A stretch of 64,000 bases of DNA from contig CAVXYC010000002.1 of assembly GCA_963765765.1 (NCBI GenBank), forward strand, positions 96,001-160,000, given 5' to 3'. The stretch is from an uncultured Chloroflexia bacterium. GTDB lineage: Bacteria > Chloroflexota > UBA6077 > JACCZL01. Position 1 is the first letter of the stretch, and each line of letters begins with the position of its first letter. The notes under the pieces are model-generated. The model made no database searches, was not told the DNA's origin, and saw nothing but the letters and a program-made list of their open reading frames with translations. The position numbers were made by a program, and so were the translations under genes. Shown in pieces: positions 39,537 through 50,247 of this stretch.

Positions 39537-39681
39537 GTGGCAGCCCGGTTCGCGGCTACAGCATCCGACCTACCGGCCGAGCCAGCCTGCAACGATGCGC
39601 GCGTCACTGCCCTGCACGGTCTCCTCTGGCCCCGGTTCTCTGTGATAATGGCCACCCAACAAGCTTGAGGAGCACAAAATC

Positions 39682-40781
39682 ATGGCGGACAAGATTCGTC
39701 TGGGGTACGTTGGCGCCAACGTTCACTCTAACTGGGCCTCACAGTCGCATTACCCGGCCTTGCTGGCCAGTCCCACCGTCGAGCTCACGGCGGTATGCAC
39801 CAGTCGGCCGGAAAGCGCCGAAGAAGCTAAGGAAACGTTCGGCGCCAAACTGGCATTCAGCGACTATCGCGAGATGGTCGTCTCGCCGGAGATCGACGCC
39901 GTGGCTGTGGTCATCAAAGTTCCCGAGCACTACGGGCCGACGAAGGCCGCCATCGAAGCCGGCAAGCACGTCTACACCGAGTGGCCGCTGGGCCGAACCA
40001 CCGCCGAAGCGGAGGAGCTAGCGGCACTGGCCAAGTCGAAGGGTGTGCAGACCGCGGTAGGTCTGCAGTCGCGGGTCAGCCCGACGCTGATGTACATGAA
40101 GGAGCTGATCGAGTCGGGTTACCTGGGGCAGGTCCTGTCCTGCCACGTGAGCTGCATCCGTGATGGATCGCTAGCTCGCCCGTCCGGGCGCACCTGGCAG
40201 CGTGATTTCAGTCAGGGTGCCAACACGCTGACCATTGCGAATGGGCACGTCATCGACGCCCTGCGCTTTGTCGCCGGCAACTTCACCCGCGTGGCGAGCA
40301 TGGTCACGACCCAATCCCCGCAAGTGGTACGAGACCGACACCAAGCAGATGGTGGACGTGACTTCGCCTGACAACGTGCTGGTGAGCGGCAAGCTCGAGA
40401 GCGGCGCGGTGGCCTCTGTCCATGTCGCGGCCGCGCCGTGGGCTGGCAGCGGCTTCCGTATGGAGATCTACGGCACCGAGGGGACGCTCATCGCCACCGG
40501 CGACGTCTCGTCTCAGCGTGGCCAGACGCTACGCCTGCAGGCCGCCAAAGGCGGCCACGAGCTGACCGACCTCGCAGTTCCCCGAGAAATTCGCGTTCGT
40601 TCCGGCCGACTTCCCGCGTGGCGACCCTTACAACGTCGGTCAGATGTACGCGCTGTTCTCCGAGGCCGTTCGCACCGGCCAGAATCGCCTTCCCACATTC
40701 GACACTGCCGTCGGGCTGCACCGCTTCATCGACACGCTCAAGGCGGCGTCTGATGCGGGGCGGGAGTTGGATGTGGCCTGA
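39682..40781 (+). CDS. Gfo/Idh/MocA family oxidoreductase, two frameshifts
   Basis: IRLGYVGA, AGKHVYTEWPLG, GHVIDA, MEIYGTEG, PTFDTAV.LH. Confidence 0.88.
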
Positions 40782-40877
40782 GTCGCGACTCAGGGAGCCG
40801 ACGCAGCCGACATCGCGTCCGGTTCGAATCTTGCGCGCTGCCCTGACGAAGCCACGTGCACTCAGGAGGGCGAAGCC

Positions 40878-41222
40878 ATGGCATCTGCGGGCACCGTTCG
40901 CGATGAGCGATATACCGACTGGTTGAGCAGTCAGAAGGAGCCGATGATCCGCTCGGTGGACCTGAAGCGGCTCTGGGACGAGGCCTGGGAGGCTGCGCTT
41001 CAGGCGGTGCTGGCTGAGAGCACGGTAGCAGATGCGGCTCGGGATGCTCACGTTGCGTGGCTCGCCTCTCCGGCCGCGGAGAAACAACCGGTCTCATCTG
41101 AGCCTGAGGATTGGACTGCGCTCGACGAGGACAGCCAGGAAGGCTGGCATCGTGTGGCGGAGCGAGCTATCAGCGGCGCTGTCCACCGCGTGCGCGAGCG
41201 GCCGGAGTCCACCGCAGGCTGA
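40878..41222 (+). CDS. Hypothetical protein
   Basis: RBS aggagg before the ATG, 114-aa helical ORF, no family recognised. Confidence 0.55.
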   Translation: MASAGTVRDERYTDWLSSQKEPMIRSVDLKRLWDEAWEAALQAVLAESTVADAARDAHVAWLASPAAEKQPVSSEPEDWTALDEDSQEGWHRVAERAISGAVHRVRERPESTAG

Positions 41223-41295
41223 CGATCGATCGGAGTCGGCTCCGAGCATCCGGCGCGCTCCGACGTGCGTGGCCGGATGTGAGAACGACAGGAGT

Positions 41296-41325
41296 TTGAG
41301 GGGCGAGCTGTCCACAGCTCGCCCT
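41296..41325. terminator. Intrinsic terminator hairpin between convergent genes
   Basis: gagggcgagctg-tcca-cagctcgccctc. Confidence 0.7.
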
Positions 41326-41358
41326 CTTGTCTACTAACGCACTCCGTTCGCCTGTACG

Positions 41359-42402
41359 CTATGCAAGGTGACCAAGCGCGTCGGGATAGAGGCGCACCAC
41401 ATTGTCCTGGAGCACTTTCTTCAGGGTGATCTCATCGAGATGCCCGAGCTGGGTCGCAATGGATTGCCGTGAATACGGCCACATGGATGCGCCGTGAGGA
41501 TAATCACTGGACCACATGCAGTTGTCCTGGCCCCAGCTCGAGAGAAGCTTGCCGCCGACTTCATCATGGATAAAGGTGGCGTAGACCTGCCTCTCGAACT
41601 TCCGGCTGGGTAATTCCTCGGGAGCGACCCCGCGTCGCGAGAGGGCGTCGTCCCATTGCTGCAGTATGAAGGGGATCCATCCAATGTGGAGCTCCACAAG
41701 GACCAGTTTCAGCCGCGGATGCCGCTCGAGTACGCCGCTGGTCACGATGTCAAACATCGCATTAGCGGCATCCACATAGCGGGTGAGCGATTCCTTGATG
41801 CGCTGACTTTCACTTTCCTGGAAGCTAGGATGGCTCTTGAGATGCAGGATCGTGTGGAGGTTGATGGGCGCGTCCAACGCCTCGGCCGCATCCCATAGTG
41901 GCTCATAGTGAGACGCGGTGAACGGCAGCTCGGGCGGATGGTTCAGCCAGATGAGGGCGCCGTGTAATCCCTTGTTTCGGCAGCGTTCCAGCTCTTCCAC
42001 GGCATGATCGATGTTGTACGTGGAGAGCAACGGCAGGCCCACCAGCCGCTGCGGCGCGTGGCCGCAGTAAGCGATCAGCCAGTCGTTGTAGGCGTGGAAC
42101 AGAGCCTCCTGATAGTCGGGATCGTCAATATCAAAAAGCCGGATGCCGGTCGTTGGATATAGCACTTCGGCGCTGACGCCGTCGATCTCCATCTCCTTGA
42201 CTCGTTCGCGCGGGTCCATTCCGCCGGGCTTGCCCTTGGCGAGATCGCTCTGCTGGCCGATCTGCGCGGCGCGATCCCGGTACTGATTTGGCACCTCGAG
42301 CCAGACGGTTGGCGGCTCGTGAACGTGCGAGTCCGCGGAGATGATGCTCGTCGCCTGGTCGATTGTTGCGGCTCCCACAACGTCACTACTGGTAGTAGTC
42401 AT
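41359..42402 (-). CDS. Amidohydrolase family 2 protein
   Basis: ISADSHVHEP, AYNDWL, INLH, VELHIGW, WSSDYPH. Confidence 0.9.
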   Translation of the reverse strand: MTTTSSDVVGAATIDQATSIISADSHVHEPPTVWLEVPNQYRDRAAQIGQQSDLAKGKPGGMDPRERVKEMEIDGVSAEVLYPTTGIRLFDIDDPDYQEALFHAYNDWLIAYCGHAPQRLVGLPLLSTYNIDHAVEELERCRNKGLHGALIWLNHPPELPFTASHYEPLWDAAEALDAPINLHTILHLKSHPSFQESESQRIKESLTRYVDAANAMFDIVTSGVLERHPRLKLVLVELHIGWIPFILQQWDDALSRRGVAPEELPSRKFERQVYATFIHDEVGGKLLSSWGQDNCMWSSDYPHGASMWPYSRQSIATQLGHLDEITLKKVLQDNVVRLYPDALGHLA

Positions 42403-42417
42403 TGGTGGATCCTTCCA

Positions 42418-43841
42418 TCAGAGATGCCCACGGTGAGCAGGCGTCTCCACCGTCCCGCTATGGTCAGGCGGCGACTCCTGCGCATGCGTCTCCGCCCAGG
42501 AGTTGCGGATGACTTGACCCGAATGCGCCCCGGTGTGCTCGCCATGGTCGATGAGTACTTCGCCGTTGACGATGGTGTAGTCGACGCCGCTGGCATGCTG
42601 GACCAGGCGCTCGAAGCCGCCAGGATAGTCGCCCGCCTTCATCGACTCCTCGGCCCCGATCGTCTCGGGATCGAAGATGACAAGATCCGCGGCCCAATCA
42701 CGCCACACCGAGTCCGCGATCCTTAAAGCCGAAGATGGAAGCGACTTTGAAGGTCAGGACGTTGACTGCCTGCTCGAGACTTACCAGCCCCTTCTCTCGC
42801 ACCCAGTAGCCCAGCAGCTCCGTGGCTATACCCTGGGACCCGGTCCGATCCACGTGCGCGCCGGCGTCGGACATGCCCACATTGGTGTATGGATGGCGGA
42901 TGATCTCCGCGATGGCTTCCTGGATCTTTGATTCGGCCCAGATGAATGTTGGTGTTGCCGTAGAGGCGCAGTCCTTCACGGATGTACGAGTCGACATACT
43001 CGAGTTGCTCCCGGTGGAAGTCCGGCCGCTTCGCCAGCCAGTTGACACTGCTCCAGAGCACCGGCCGTCCCGAGGCGCGTCCGAGGCGAGCAAACCAGTC
43101 GATATCATCCAGCGTGTGGGCGCCCATATTGGAGTGCTGCACGATGGCCGTGTTGAACTCGGAAAGCACGCTTGCCAGCGCCAAGCATCTCATCGTCGCT
43201 GGCCATACGGCTGGGTAGGGGCTTGCCGTCGTCCCGGAAGTGGCCGCAGGTTGCGATTGATCGTGTAGCCCATGGCGCCGTCGGCGATGCCCTGCCGCAG
43301 CAGGTCTTTCATGGCCTCGATCTCTCCCGGTGTCGCTTCCCGCTCGGCGGCGTCGTCGGCCCATGACGTATTGCCGCGAGAGCGTTGTGCCCGATCATGG
43401 ACGCGACGTTGACTCCAAGCCCCGGCTCTAGCGCGCCGAAATATTCGGCCACCGTGCTCCAGCGCCATTCCATGGTCTCCAGGATGTGCGCGCGGAATGC
43501 CCTCCACCCGCACGAAGGTGCCAATCAAGCGCGGAGCCATCGCCGGGTTCTCGCTGGCATCAGACTGAGTCCGCAGTTGCCGGTGATCACCGTGGTTATC
43601 CCGTGCTCGGGAGACGGGAGCGCGCCGGAGTCCCACAGGAGATGGGCGTCGAGGTGGGTGTGGTGATCGATAAATCCGGGCGCCACAACTCTGCCCGCCG
43701 CGTCGATGGTCTTGCGGCCACGTCTGATACCCTGCCTATCTCGGCGATCCGGCCCGCCTGCACCGCGACGTCCGCGGCATATGCAGGCATGCCCGAGCCG
43801 TCCACCACTTTCGCGTCCCTGATGACGAGGTCGTATGTCAT
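42418..43841 (-). pseudogene. N-acyl-D-amino-acid deacylase-like amidohydrolase, multiply frameshifted
   Basis: Fragments in several frames: [49 protein letters not shown]-like, ADLVIFDP, IVNG. Confidence 0.8.
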
Positions 43842-44054
43842 GAACGGCCATCTCCTTTCACTACGTGCGGGGAGCCACAACCGACGTTCTTCGCTTTTTC
43901 CGCCCTCCACGGTACAAGAAAACTCGACGCTCCGCTCGCTGGGGCCGCCCGAACTTGCCCACGATAAGAGAATGAGGACCTATGAATTAGCTCTGCGCGA
44001 GCTTCGGGCGTATCAGGCGGATGCGACGCCAGACGTTGATCGAATGTACGGCAG

Positions 44055-44173
44055 GCCTCTGTAGCGCGGTGGTCTTGCGCCCCGCGCCGCCGAGGAATGC
44101 TGAGCGCAATGAACGGCTTCGAAATGCGCCCAGATCTCGGGGCGCGGGCGCAAGACCACCGCGCTACAGAGGC
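44055..44173. repeat. GTAG-type REPIN (family D)
   Basis: gcctctGTAGcgcggtggtcttgcgcc...ggcgcaagaccaccgcgCTACagaggc, about 27-bp arms. Confidence 0.8.
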
Positions 44174-44316
44174 GTGCGTGGCTGAGGCCGCCTGCGCCGT
44201 CAGTGCATCCGGAATGGGACTAGATAGAATTGCACGTCTACGCGAGAATGGAGCGCTTCGCCTTTTGCGATCGACGCAAAGACGCGTGTAGCGGCACGCT
44301 CCAGCGCCTTGTCGGG

Positions 44317-44745
44317 CTAGCGGTTCGGCACTAATCCGCGCTTTGCGATCTCGCGACGGCCGAATTCTTCGTCATCGAATAGCACCGTGAATTCGATATG
44401 GTAGCCATCGGGATCGTCAAGATAAATGGACATGCGGTGCACGCCGTGGGTCCGCATATCGATGGGGACCTCGTGCTTGCGGAGCTGCTCTACCCAGGGG
44501 TCGTAGTCTTCGAGCTTGATAATGTAGGCGTGGTGCTGCCCAGTGCTTCCGGGCGAAGGCTGCCAATCGCCTCTGGCCGGGAAGATGTCGATGACCGTGC
44601 CGGCTAGCACCACGGATGTAGGGCCGCCCTCTCGATCTGGCTTGGACGCGCCAAGCACCTCAGTGTAGAAGTTTCGGCTACGCTCGACATCTGATGAGAC
44701 CAGTGTCCAGTGCTCAAGTCGTTGTACCGGTGGTGCGCTCGACAT
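44317..44745 (-). CDS. VOC family protein
   Basis: LEHWTL.SSDVERS..FYT.VLG, HHAY, SIYLDDPDGYHIE. Confidence 0.88.
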   Translation of the reverse strand: MSSAPPVQRLEHWTLVSSDVERSRNFYTEVLGASKPDREGGPTSVVLAGTVIDIFPARGDWQPSPGSTGQHHAYIIKLEDYDPWVEQLRKHEVPIDMRTHGVHRMSIYLDDPDGYHIEFTVLFDDEEFGRREIAKRGLVPNR

Positions 44746-44983
44746 ATCCGCAACTCCCGCCTGTTGGCGTCTCGAATTGGCTCGGCAATTGGTTCCACCC
44801 CGCGGTGGGCGGGCGACGTATTCACGGCGAGTATACCGCCACGAGGTGAGTAACCTGGAAGCGAGGGGCCTGTGCGAGTCGACATTGAGAGAGCATGGCC
44901 GCCCCGGATGTACCGTCGACGCTGATTGACGCGTCGCGGCCGGCGATTTATGGTGTCGGCACACGGTCCGAAGGAGGCCCTCC

Positions 44984-45886
44984 GTGACGCCTCGGTTCAC
45001 CCAGCTTCATCCACTGTTTGTAGGTGAAGTCAGCCCTATAGATCTGCGTGCCGTTCATGACCATGAGACGCTTGCGGCGCTCCGCGCCGGCATGGATCGT
45101 TACGGAGTGCTGGTGTTTCACGATCAGACCTTCAACGATGCCGAACAGCTTGACTTCGCGGCGCGGTTCGATGGCGCGCTGCTCGCCAACTCGGGCGCCA
45201 GTGCCGTTTCCAAGAGTCGGTTTGACAATGAGGCGCTGACCGACATCTCGAATCTTGACGAAGACGGTCAGCTTCTGCGCTCCGACGACCGGCGCCGCAT
45301 GTATCGACTTGGAAATCGGCTCTGGCACACCGATGCGTCCTTCCAGGATCCAGCCGGACGTTATTCGATGCTCCACGCCAGAGAAGTGCCATCGGTGCCG
45401 GCGGATACGCAGTTTGCGGATATGAAATCGGCCTATGACGCACTGGACGATGAAACGAAACGGCTGATCGGCGACCTTCGGGCGCATCACTCCATCGCGT
45501 ATTCTCGTCAGAGATTGGGATTTGAGTTTTCGGATGCGGAGGCCGAGAAGCTGGCGGGCGCGATACATCCATTGGTGCGTACCAATGCCCGAACCGGGCG
45601 GCGGTCTCTGTATATCGCCTCGCACGCCTCTCGTGTCATTGACTGGCCATTGCCGGAAGGGAGGCTACTTTTAGCTGACCTCATGGATCACGCCACCAGT
45701 ACCGCGTTTCGCTACACGCATCGGTGGCGCAAAGGCGACCTGGTCATTTGGGACAACCTGGCCACCATGCACCGCGGCTTGCGCTATGACGACACCAAAT
45801 ACCGACGCGAGCTGCGTCGCGTGACGACACAAGATCTGCCCGGCGCGGAGTCGGCCCGTGAGCTGATCCAGGCGGCCGCCAACTGA
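44984..45886 (+). CDS. TauD/TfdA-family Fe(II)/2-oxoglutarate dioxygenase (TfdA-like)
   Basis: DISNLD, NRLWHTDASF, TQFADM, HPLVR, SLYIASHA, IWDNLATMHRG. Confidence 0.92.
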   Translation: MTPRFTQLHPLFVGEVSPIDLRAVHDHETLAALRAGMDRYGVLVFHDQTFNDAEQLDFAARFDGALLANSGASAVSKSRFDNEALTDISNLDEDGQLLRSDDRRRMYRLGNRLWHTDASFQDPAGRYSMLHAREVPSVPADTQFADMKSAYDALDDETKRLIGDLRAHHSIAYSRQRLGFEFSDAEAEKLAGAIHPLVRTNARTGRRSLYIASHASRVIDWPLPEGRLLLADLMDHATSTAFRYTHRWRKGDLVIWDNLATMHRGLRYDDTKYRRELRRVTTQDLPGAESARELIQAAAN

Positions 45887-46053
45887 AGTGCTCGTCCGCC
45901 ATTAGCGAACGAGCGCAGGTCCTGAATCTATAAGGCGTCTCGCGAGCTCGACTATGAGCGGGCCTCCTGGGAGTGCTCGCGGGGCGGATTCCATCTCATG
46001 CGGCGCGCCACCCATGCCAAGCAACTTTTGTGAGGGCTATGTACGACACGGCG

Positions 46054-47278
46054 TTACGTTTTCGGCGTGTACATCTGCTTGAGGATTGCGAACACCTCGG
46101 GCCTGAGGGCCTGTGCCTCTTCAATGGTCTCCTTGAGCGATTCGGCCGACTTCAGGCCGATATCGAGGTTTCGTCTGTTCATTTCCGCCTGGAACGATTC
46201 GTCGGCAACGGTGTCGTTGAATCCCTTTCGAATTGCCGCGACGACGTTGTCAGGAGTGCGTGGGGGTAGTGCGAAGAGGCGTTCCCCGGAAGAGAGCTTG
46301 TTGTTAACCTCGAGCGCAGCCCGCTGGTCAGGCGTCACTTTCACGACATCGGCCACGTGTCCGAACCAGGGGTACTTCCCTTGTGCCATCCGCGCTGCCA
46401 TGTGGTTCGGCGGGTTTTCATAATAGAACAGTGGCGTAGCCTGGTTTTGATTGAACCAGTCAGGAAACAGAGAGATATTGGCATCGTCACAGCGATCGGT
46501 GAGCTCGAGCTCCCCTCGATCGAACGCGGCATTGAGCTCGGACGTGCCCCCGTAGCCGAAGACCGGCTGCACCGGTAGCCCGACGATCTCGAGCCACATC
46601 TTGTTGGCGCCAGGGCCTGTGGCTTGAACAGCTTCGGCAATCCTGAGTTTCCGAGGGCTCTTGAGGAAAGCTTCAAGGCTATCCGCGATCTCCGTCCTCA
46701 CGCAGACGGTGGAACGTCGCGGAGCGTTGTCAGGGGCGCCCAGATAGATCGGGGTGTCGAGATCGAATGATTCGAGTTTCTCGCCGAGCACTGCCTGCGT
46801 AATCAGCCCACCGCTGAATACGGCAATGTCAAGTCCGGTGCCCGGGGTTTTCCTCATGACCGATTGCCAGGCCAGAAGTGAGTTGGCACCAGGCTGGTTC
46901 GTGACCACAAATTTTGGACTACCCGGGATGAATTTCGGCATGTACTCCGCCATGATTCGGGCGAAGGTGTCATAGCCGCCACCAGGAGAGAATCCCACCG
47001 TGATCGTGATCGTCTTCCCTGAGAAATAGCGTTCGGCCTCGGCCTCATTCACGGCGATCACAGGAGCCTCTGAGGCCCGACTGGCGGCGGGCGATGCGGC
47101 GGGCGATGCCGCCGGACTTGCGGCGGGCGATGCGGCAGGCTTTGCCGCTGCCGGTGATTCGAGCCGGCTTTGGCGCCGTGGTCGCGGGTGGCGAAGTTGT
47201 CGTCGCCGGCGCTGATTGCTGGCACGCCACGATGAATACTGATGCCAGCAGTCCAACCAATGTTCTAGATCGCATCAT
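46054..47278 (-). CDS. Tripartite tricarboxylate transporter (Bug/TctC) substrate-binding lipoprotein, N-terminal frameshifts
   Basis: Lipobox FIVAC (ORF 47045-47353), PAAS-repeat linker, VGFSPGGGYD..AR, NQPGA, GYGGTSE. Confidence 0.85.
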
Positions 47279-47289
47279 TCCCTCCGTAC

Positions 47290-48162
47290 TCATGCTTGCG
47301 GCAGACCGACCTGAGCCAGGTATGCATCGGCGATTTCGCTCCCGGTGGCCCACCAGACATCGTTGTGGCCATGAATGTACTGGAGCAGTTGCTTCAGGGC
47401 CACAGAACGCGCCGGGAAACCCGAGAGGTGAGTATGCAATGGGATCGCCATAACGGTTCCACTCCGTTCGCCCTCCTGGTAAAGCACGTCGAACGTCCTG
47501 GAAAGTATCTCGCGGTACTCATCGGGCGAGAAAATCCAGCGCTCGTAATTGCGACTATCGTTGTGCACCATGGAGTACGGCACACCGACTATCCAGCCAT
47601 TGGCGGTCCTGATGGGATACGGACGGTCGTCCACCACCCAGTCCCCGGAATAGGTCAGGCCAGCTTCCTGCAGAAGAGTGGGTGTGCGATGGTTCTCATC
47701 AGGGCCCAGCCAGCCGCGAGGACGCACTCCTGTCGCCTCATGGATTCGGCTGATTGTCTGTGTGATCTGGTTACGCTCCTCATCCTCCGTCTGACCGATC
47801 TTGCTCTCCGAATTGGTCAGCCCGTGGCCCATCCACTCCCAGCCTCGCTCCAGACCGGCCTCAATGACCCGGGGGTAGATGTCGCAAACGTACGCGTTCA
47901 GCGCCACGGTGGCTCGGGCGCCTACGTCATCCAGTGCCTCCATGATTCGCCAGACGCCCACCCGCTCACCGTACTCGCGGATAGCCCAGGACTTGATGTC
48001 CGGCAGCTTGTTAGGACCGATTGTCCTGTCCAGCGGGTACCACTCCAGATTGGGCACGATCCAGACGGCGATTCGGGCGCCGTTGGGCCAGCGGATGACC
48101 GGCGCATCTGGATAGGCGCGATAGGGAACGGGGCCGACCCGCTCGGGCACTGGGTTGAGCAT
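47290..48162 (-). CDS. Polysaccharide deacetylase family (PuuE allantoinase-like)
   Basis: WPNGARIAVW..PNLE, EYGERVGVWR, EWMGHG, PRGWLGP, IPLH. Confidence 0.88.
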   Translation of the reverse strand: MLNPVPERVGPVPYRAYPDAPVIRWPNGARIAVWIVPNLEWYPLDRTIGPNKLPDIKSWAIREYGERVGVWRIMEALDDVGARATVALNAYVCDIYPRVIEAGLERGWEWMGHGLTNSESKIGQTEDEERNQITQTISRIHEATGVRPRGWLGPDENHRTPTLLQEAGLTYSGDWVVDDRPYPIRTANGWIVGVPYSMVHNDSRNYERWIFSPDEYREILSRTFDVLYQEGERSGTVMAIPLHTHLSGFPARSVALKQLLQYIHGHNDVWWATGSEIADAYLAQVGLPQA

Positions 48163-48240
48163 GGTGCTACCTCTTTTCACTATCGGTTGCTGAGTGACCT
48201 GGTCAGGCCGAGAGCGTCACTCCCCATGAGTCCTAGTACT

Positions 48241-49104
48241 CTAGTCCTTCCACTCGCGTGGCGGGGCGCCCGTGCTAATGGTTTGGCCGCCATCGATGAT
48301 CAATGGGTGGCCGGTAATGAAGGACGACTCGCTGCACGCAAGGAACAGCACCGCATAGGCGATCTCCTCTGGACGGCCCTGCCGGTGCAGCCCACGCACC
48401 TGGGCAACCCGGCGCGCATCGTTGGCTTCCCTGCCTCCTGGGGCATCTGCCCGGCTCGGCTGTGGTGGCCAGCCCGACAGTCCTGGGGTATCGATGGGAC
48501 CTGGGCAGATGCAGTTCACCCGGATTTCGGGTCCATAGTCCAACGCCATCTCGCGAGTCAGATTGATCAGCGCTGCCTTGGTGGCACAGTACGCCGCGCT
48601 TTCCGGCACTCCGAATGCTCCGTGAGTAGAAGCAGTAATGATAATGTTGCCTTCGTGCTGTGCGAGAAAGTGTGGGATCGTCGCCTGGGCCGCGTACCGA
48701 ATTCCGTTCAGGTTGAGATTGACCACGCGGTTCCAGTCCTCATCACTGATCTGGTGGAGCTTGCCGCGGGCTCCCACGCCAGCGTGACTGAACACGATAT
48801 GCAGTCCGCCGAGCTGGTTGAGCGCCGCGGCGACAGCCCGCTGCCAGGTTTCGCGCTCTCCGGCATCGCCCAGGATGAAAACCGCCTCACCGCCTTCCTG
48901 TGTGATGAGCTCATCAATGCGAGGCGCGCCCGATTCCCAGACGTCAACGCACACAACCTTCGCGCCTTCTCGAGCGAATAAGCGTGCTGTGGCGCGAGCC
49001 ATCCCACTGTCGGCGCCGGTGACGATGGCAACCTTTCCCCTGAGCCTGTCGAACCCTCCTGGACGCATCAAGGGATGCTCGTCGGTTAGCGTGGCCTGGG
49101 TCAC
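48241..49104 (-). CDS. SDR oxidoreductase
   Basis: VTGADSGMA, YCATK, IRVNCICPG.IDTP, ITG....DGG. Confidence 0.92.
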   Translation of the reverse strand: MTQATLTDEHPLMRPGGFDRLRGKVAIVTGADSGMARATARLFAREGAKVVCVDVWESGAPRIDELITQEGGEAVFILGDAGERETWQRAVAAALNQLGGLHIVFSHAGVGARGKLHQISDEDWNRVVNLNLNGIRYAAQATIPHFLAQHEGNIIITASTHGAFGVPESAAYCATKAALINLTREMALDYGPEIRVNCICPGPIDTPGLSGWPPQPSRADAPGGREANDARRVAQVRGLHRQGRPEEIAYAVLFLACSESSFITGHPLIIDGGQTISTGAPPREWKD

Positions 49105-49142
49105 GATGATATGCCTCTCTTTCTCTTGAACACGGTATCCCT

Positions 49143-49259
49143 GTCATACTGAGGACGAGGCATCTCCCGGACATCGGCGACTGCGATCGGAGAAATGATG
49201 CGGCGACACCGAACTCGTAGGCCCAGATGTCCGGGAGATGCCTCGTGCCTCAGCATGAC
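49143..49259. repeat. Palindromic element family B
   Basis: gtcatactgaggacgaggcatctcccggacatc...gatgtccgggagatgcctcgtgcctcagcatgac. Confidence 0.8.
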
Positions 49260-49351
49260 CGGGAGACTGGGGTCGGTTGTGGTCACCGCTATTCATGGCG
49301 TCTCGATGTGCGTGAAGGCGCACGGCTCACTCGATACGGTTCAGAGCCGTC

Positions 49352-50170
49352 TCAATCGTCGGCCGGCTCCAGCTTGCCGTTGCGAACCACTACCTGGTGA
49401 CCTGTGAGCTCCATTGGCGCCTCTGCCGCCAGAACGTAGCGGTTGCCGATGTCCTCGACCGTTGTCGATCCGGGGTTGGATCGCGACCATTCCGGGCTAT
49501 CGGCGGTGATGATGCCTCCGCCAGCCCCCGGAAAGCCTTGTCCGATCTGGCGCTGGCGAGGCGAACCGCTGATGGCGTCGCCAGGCCCCATGCTGATGAT
49601 GCAGATGTAGAACTCACGCTCTTCGTCGGCCATGCACTTGGTGAACGCGCGAATCGCTATTTTCGAGGTGGCGTAGACAGCGGTGCCTATACCGCCTGAG
49701 CCCTCCGGTTGGCGCACGGTGAGATTACCCTGGCCCACGTTGATGATGTGGCCGTCATTACAGGATTCCATATACGGCAGCACGTGCTTCGTGCAGAGAT
49801 AGGTGCCAACGAGATTAGTGTCGATAACCTTCTGAAAGAAAGCCCTATCCATATCTCGAATCCTGGGCCAGCGCGGAGCGCCGGTGTGGAAATGAGTAAC
49901 GATGCCAGCGTTGTTGATCAGGACATCGATTCGGCCCCATTTCTGGTAGACCTGGCTCATAAGGGAGCGAACCGAGCCCTCATCGGTCACGTTGGTAGGC
50001 ACTGCCATGTATTCCGCGCCGGTGGACTCGATCTCACTGACCACGTTGTCCATGGGCGCGATGTCGGCGACGATCACCTTCGCGCCCTCATTGGCAAACG
50101 TTGTGGCTATATAGCGGCCGACGCCCTGTGCGCCGCCCGTGACGATGACGGTTTTTCCTCGGACAGTCAA
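49352..50170 (-). CDS. SDR oxidoreductase
   Basis: VTGGAQGVG, LINNAG, YATSK. Confidence 0.9.
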   Translation of the reverse strand: MTVRGKTVIVTGGAQGVGRYIATTFANEGAKVIVADIAPMDNVVSEIESTGAEYMAVPTNVTDEGSVRSLMSQVYQKWGRIDVLINNAGIVTHFHTGAPRWPRIRDMDRAFFQKVIDTNLVGTYLCTKHVLPYMESCNDGHIINVGQGNLTVRQPEGSGGIGTAVYATSKIAIRAFTKCMADEEREFYICIISMGPGDAISGSPRQRQIGQGFPGAGGGIITADSPEWSRSNPGSTTVEDIGNRYVLAAEAPMELTGHQVVVRNGKLEPADD

Positions 50171-50247
50171 TGGGCTTCTACCCCCAACAGGAAGCGCTCG
50201 AGGGAGCTCCCGAGCGCGAATCGATTAAAGCGATAAGCATGTGTTCG

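Noticed and set aside
40840-40880. CTGACGA...GGCGAA resembling a hammerhead ribozyme core
   Set aside because: Lacks the GAAA core and supporting stems, and overlaps an RBS.
47083-47146. 12-nt tandem repeat (gcggcgggcgat)
   Set aside because: Encodes the PAAS low-complexity linker of a lipoprotein, not an independent element.
47296-48981. 561-aa plus-strand ORF
   Set aside because: Antisense to the deacetylase and SDR genes with no motifs. Long shadow ORFs are common at high GC.
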